Source: Candidatus Thorarchaeota archaeon
GTDB lineage: Archaea; Asgardarchaeota; Thorarchaeia; Thorarchaeales; Thorarchaeaceae
DNA: 17,203 nucleotides
Assembly: GCA_048882045.1 (NCBI GenBank)
Contig: JBHLRZ010000049.1
Span: 1 to 17,203 of the forward strand
Direction of reading: 5' to 3'
Below are positions 16,503-17,203 of the stretch, in pieces. Each line of letters starts with the position of its first letter. The stretch's first letter is position 1. The notes under the pieces were generated by a model. It saw only the letters and a program-made list of their open reading frames with translations. It ran no database searches and was not told where the DNA came from. The position numbers and the translations under genes are program-made.

Positions 16503-16547
16503 TTGACAGTGCGGTGGTCACGTGTTCAAATCACGTCCGGCCCACCA
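16503..16547 (+). repeat. R5: copy of the tRNA-Val 3' half (att-like)
   Basis: TTGACAGTGCGGTGGTCACGTGTTCAAATCACGTCCGGCCCACCA matches tRNA 784-828 at 42/45 positions. Confidence 0.95.
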
Positions 16548-16573
16548 TTTCTTCTCGGCAGTCAGAGAGATAG

Positions 16574-16613
16574 TTTATACTCTTTCATGTGCACTTCCCA
16601 ACTGACGGGGTGA
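16574..16613 (+). promoter_or_regulatory. TATA box and SD of the Zn-ribbon gene
   Basis: TTTATA at 16574-16579, and GGGGTGA (archaeal-type SD) at 16607-16613, 7 nt before the TTG start. Confidence 0.55.
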
Positions 16614-16620
16614 TTTTCGG

Positions 16621-16827
16621 TTGGATGAATTGAAGAAGGTCTGTACATCTTGTGGAAGTGAGAAACTAGCCGGGCCATTTAGATCAAAAACGATTGTTTG
16701 GTTTGGAATGTTTTCCCATGCAGCGAGCGATGCTTATGTTTGCCTTGTCTGTGGACATGTGGAGGACTTTTTCACACAAGTGGATATAGAAAAAATCCGA
16801 AGAAAATTCGATAAGAACCAAGGATAA
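16621..16827 (+). CDS. Small zinc-ribbon protein
   Basis: 68 aa with CTSCGS...CLVCGHVE and a good SD and TATA box. It is the only gene between R5 and R6. Confidence 0.8.
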   Translation: MDELKKVCTSCGSEKLAGPFRSKTIVWFGMFSHAASDAYVCLVCGHVEDFFTQVDIEKIRRKFDKNQG

Positions 16828-16897
16828 CAGCTCAGTAGAAAACCGATACTGAGAACGCAGATCTGTGTAGTCTTGGTCAGATACATCTCGAATGTAC

Positions 16898-16941
16898 TTG
16901 ACAGTACGGGGGCATGTGTTCAAATCACGTCCGGTTCACCA
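16898..16941 (+). repeat. R6: degenerate copy of the tRNA-Val 3' half
   Basis: TTGACAGTACGGGGGCATGTGTTCAAATCACGTCCGGTTCACCA differs from R5 by 5 substitutions and 1 deletion. Confidence 0.88.
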
Positions 16942-16975
16942 TCCACTTCTGCTTCTATTAGACAAAGGAGTCTTG

Positions 16976-17203
16976 TTACAGGCCTTTGTGTGAGAGTAAC
17001 AGGAACTCTATCGTTTCGTCGAGTGAGAGGGTGACACCGAGCTCTTCTGGGTTCGTTTCGAGCCATTCATCCAGGTGTTTTTGGTCCGGGAAGAAATTGT
17101 AATGGTCGCAGAATGGAATACCCTTAGGACCATCTCCAATCCAAAAGAGGACGGATGGGTGAGAGGCATGGGCAAGCTCACCATCCTTGATTTGAATTTC
17201 CAT
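16976..17203 (-). CDS. merB: Alkylmercury lyase (MerB)-like protein, C-terminal part; probably begins outside the window
   Basis: FCDHYNFFPDQKHLDEWLETNPEELGVTLSLDE resembles the MerB C-terminus (FCxxxHFFxSxxxxxxWxxxHP...LSxxEA). Confidence 0.65.
   Translation of the reverse strand: MEIQIKDGELAHASHPSVLFWIGDGPKGIPFCDHYNFFPDQKHLDEWLETNPEELGVTLSLDETIEFLLLSHKGL

Noticed and set aside
16684-16923. 79-aa minus-strand ORF starting in R6
   Set aside because: It is antisense to the better-supported Zn-ribbon gene, and its start lies inside the tRNA-derived repeat.
9745-16941. Repeats interpreted as a CRISPR array
   Set aside because: The spacing is 0.35-2.7 kb and contains whole genes, the repeats are tRNA-derived, and no cas genes are present.
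9745-16941. Repeats as functional tRNA genes or split-tRNA halves
   Set aside because: None has a 5' half or D-arm. I saw no complementary leader sequences for trans-splicing, and several copies have acceptor-stem mutations or truncations.
829-17203. A tyrosine or serine integrase, including an SSV-type split int gene
   Set aside because: No ORF shows the R...HxxR...Y or serine-recombinase motifs. Reading frames crossing the repeats are short and unrecognisable. An enzyme acting in trans remains possible.

Overview
Archaeal genomic window, judged from an intron-containing, CCA-encoding tRNA and archaeal-style promoter/SD signals. An Asgard/Thorarchaeia-like origin is my inference only. After the 3' end of dut and a small membrane ORF comes a tRNA-Val(GAC) gene (723-828) with a non-canonical 28-nt D-loop intron. 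The remaining ~16 kb is punctuated by six direct copies of this tRNA's 3' half (R1 9745, R2 11185, R3 13053, R4 13781, R5 16503, R6 16898). Five begin at the anticodon loop and R4 begins at the T-loop. They separate mostly single-gene cassettes: membrane proteins, an Ig-domain protein, an atypical UDG, a C2/NPP1-like surface protein, a Zn-ribbon protein and a MerB-like gene. The tRNA-proximal unit holds a coupled operon for a HerA/VirB4-like ATPase and a 923-aa acidic-5xHTH-2xHNH protein. No integrase is visible. A 49-nt relic of the HNH gene's 3' end sits next to R4, and R3 and R6 share an upstream arm. This suggests repeated, polarised integration of related elements at the tRNA, leaving an integron-like cargo array.
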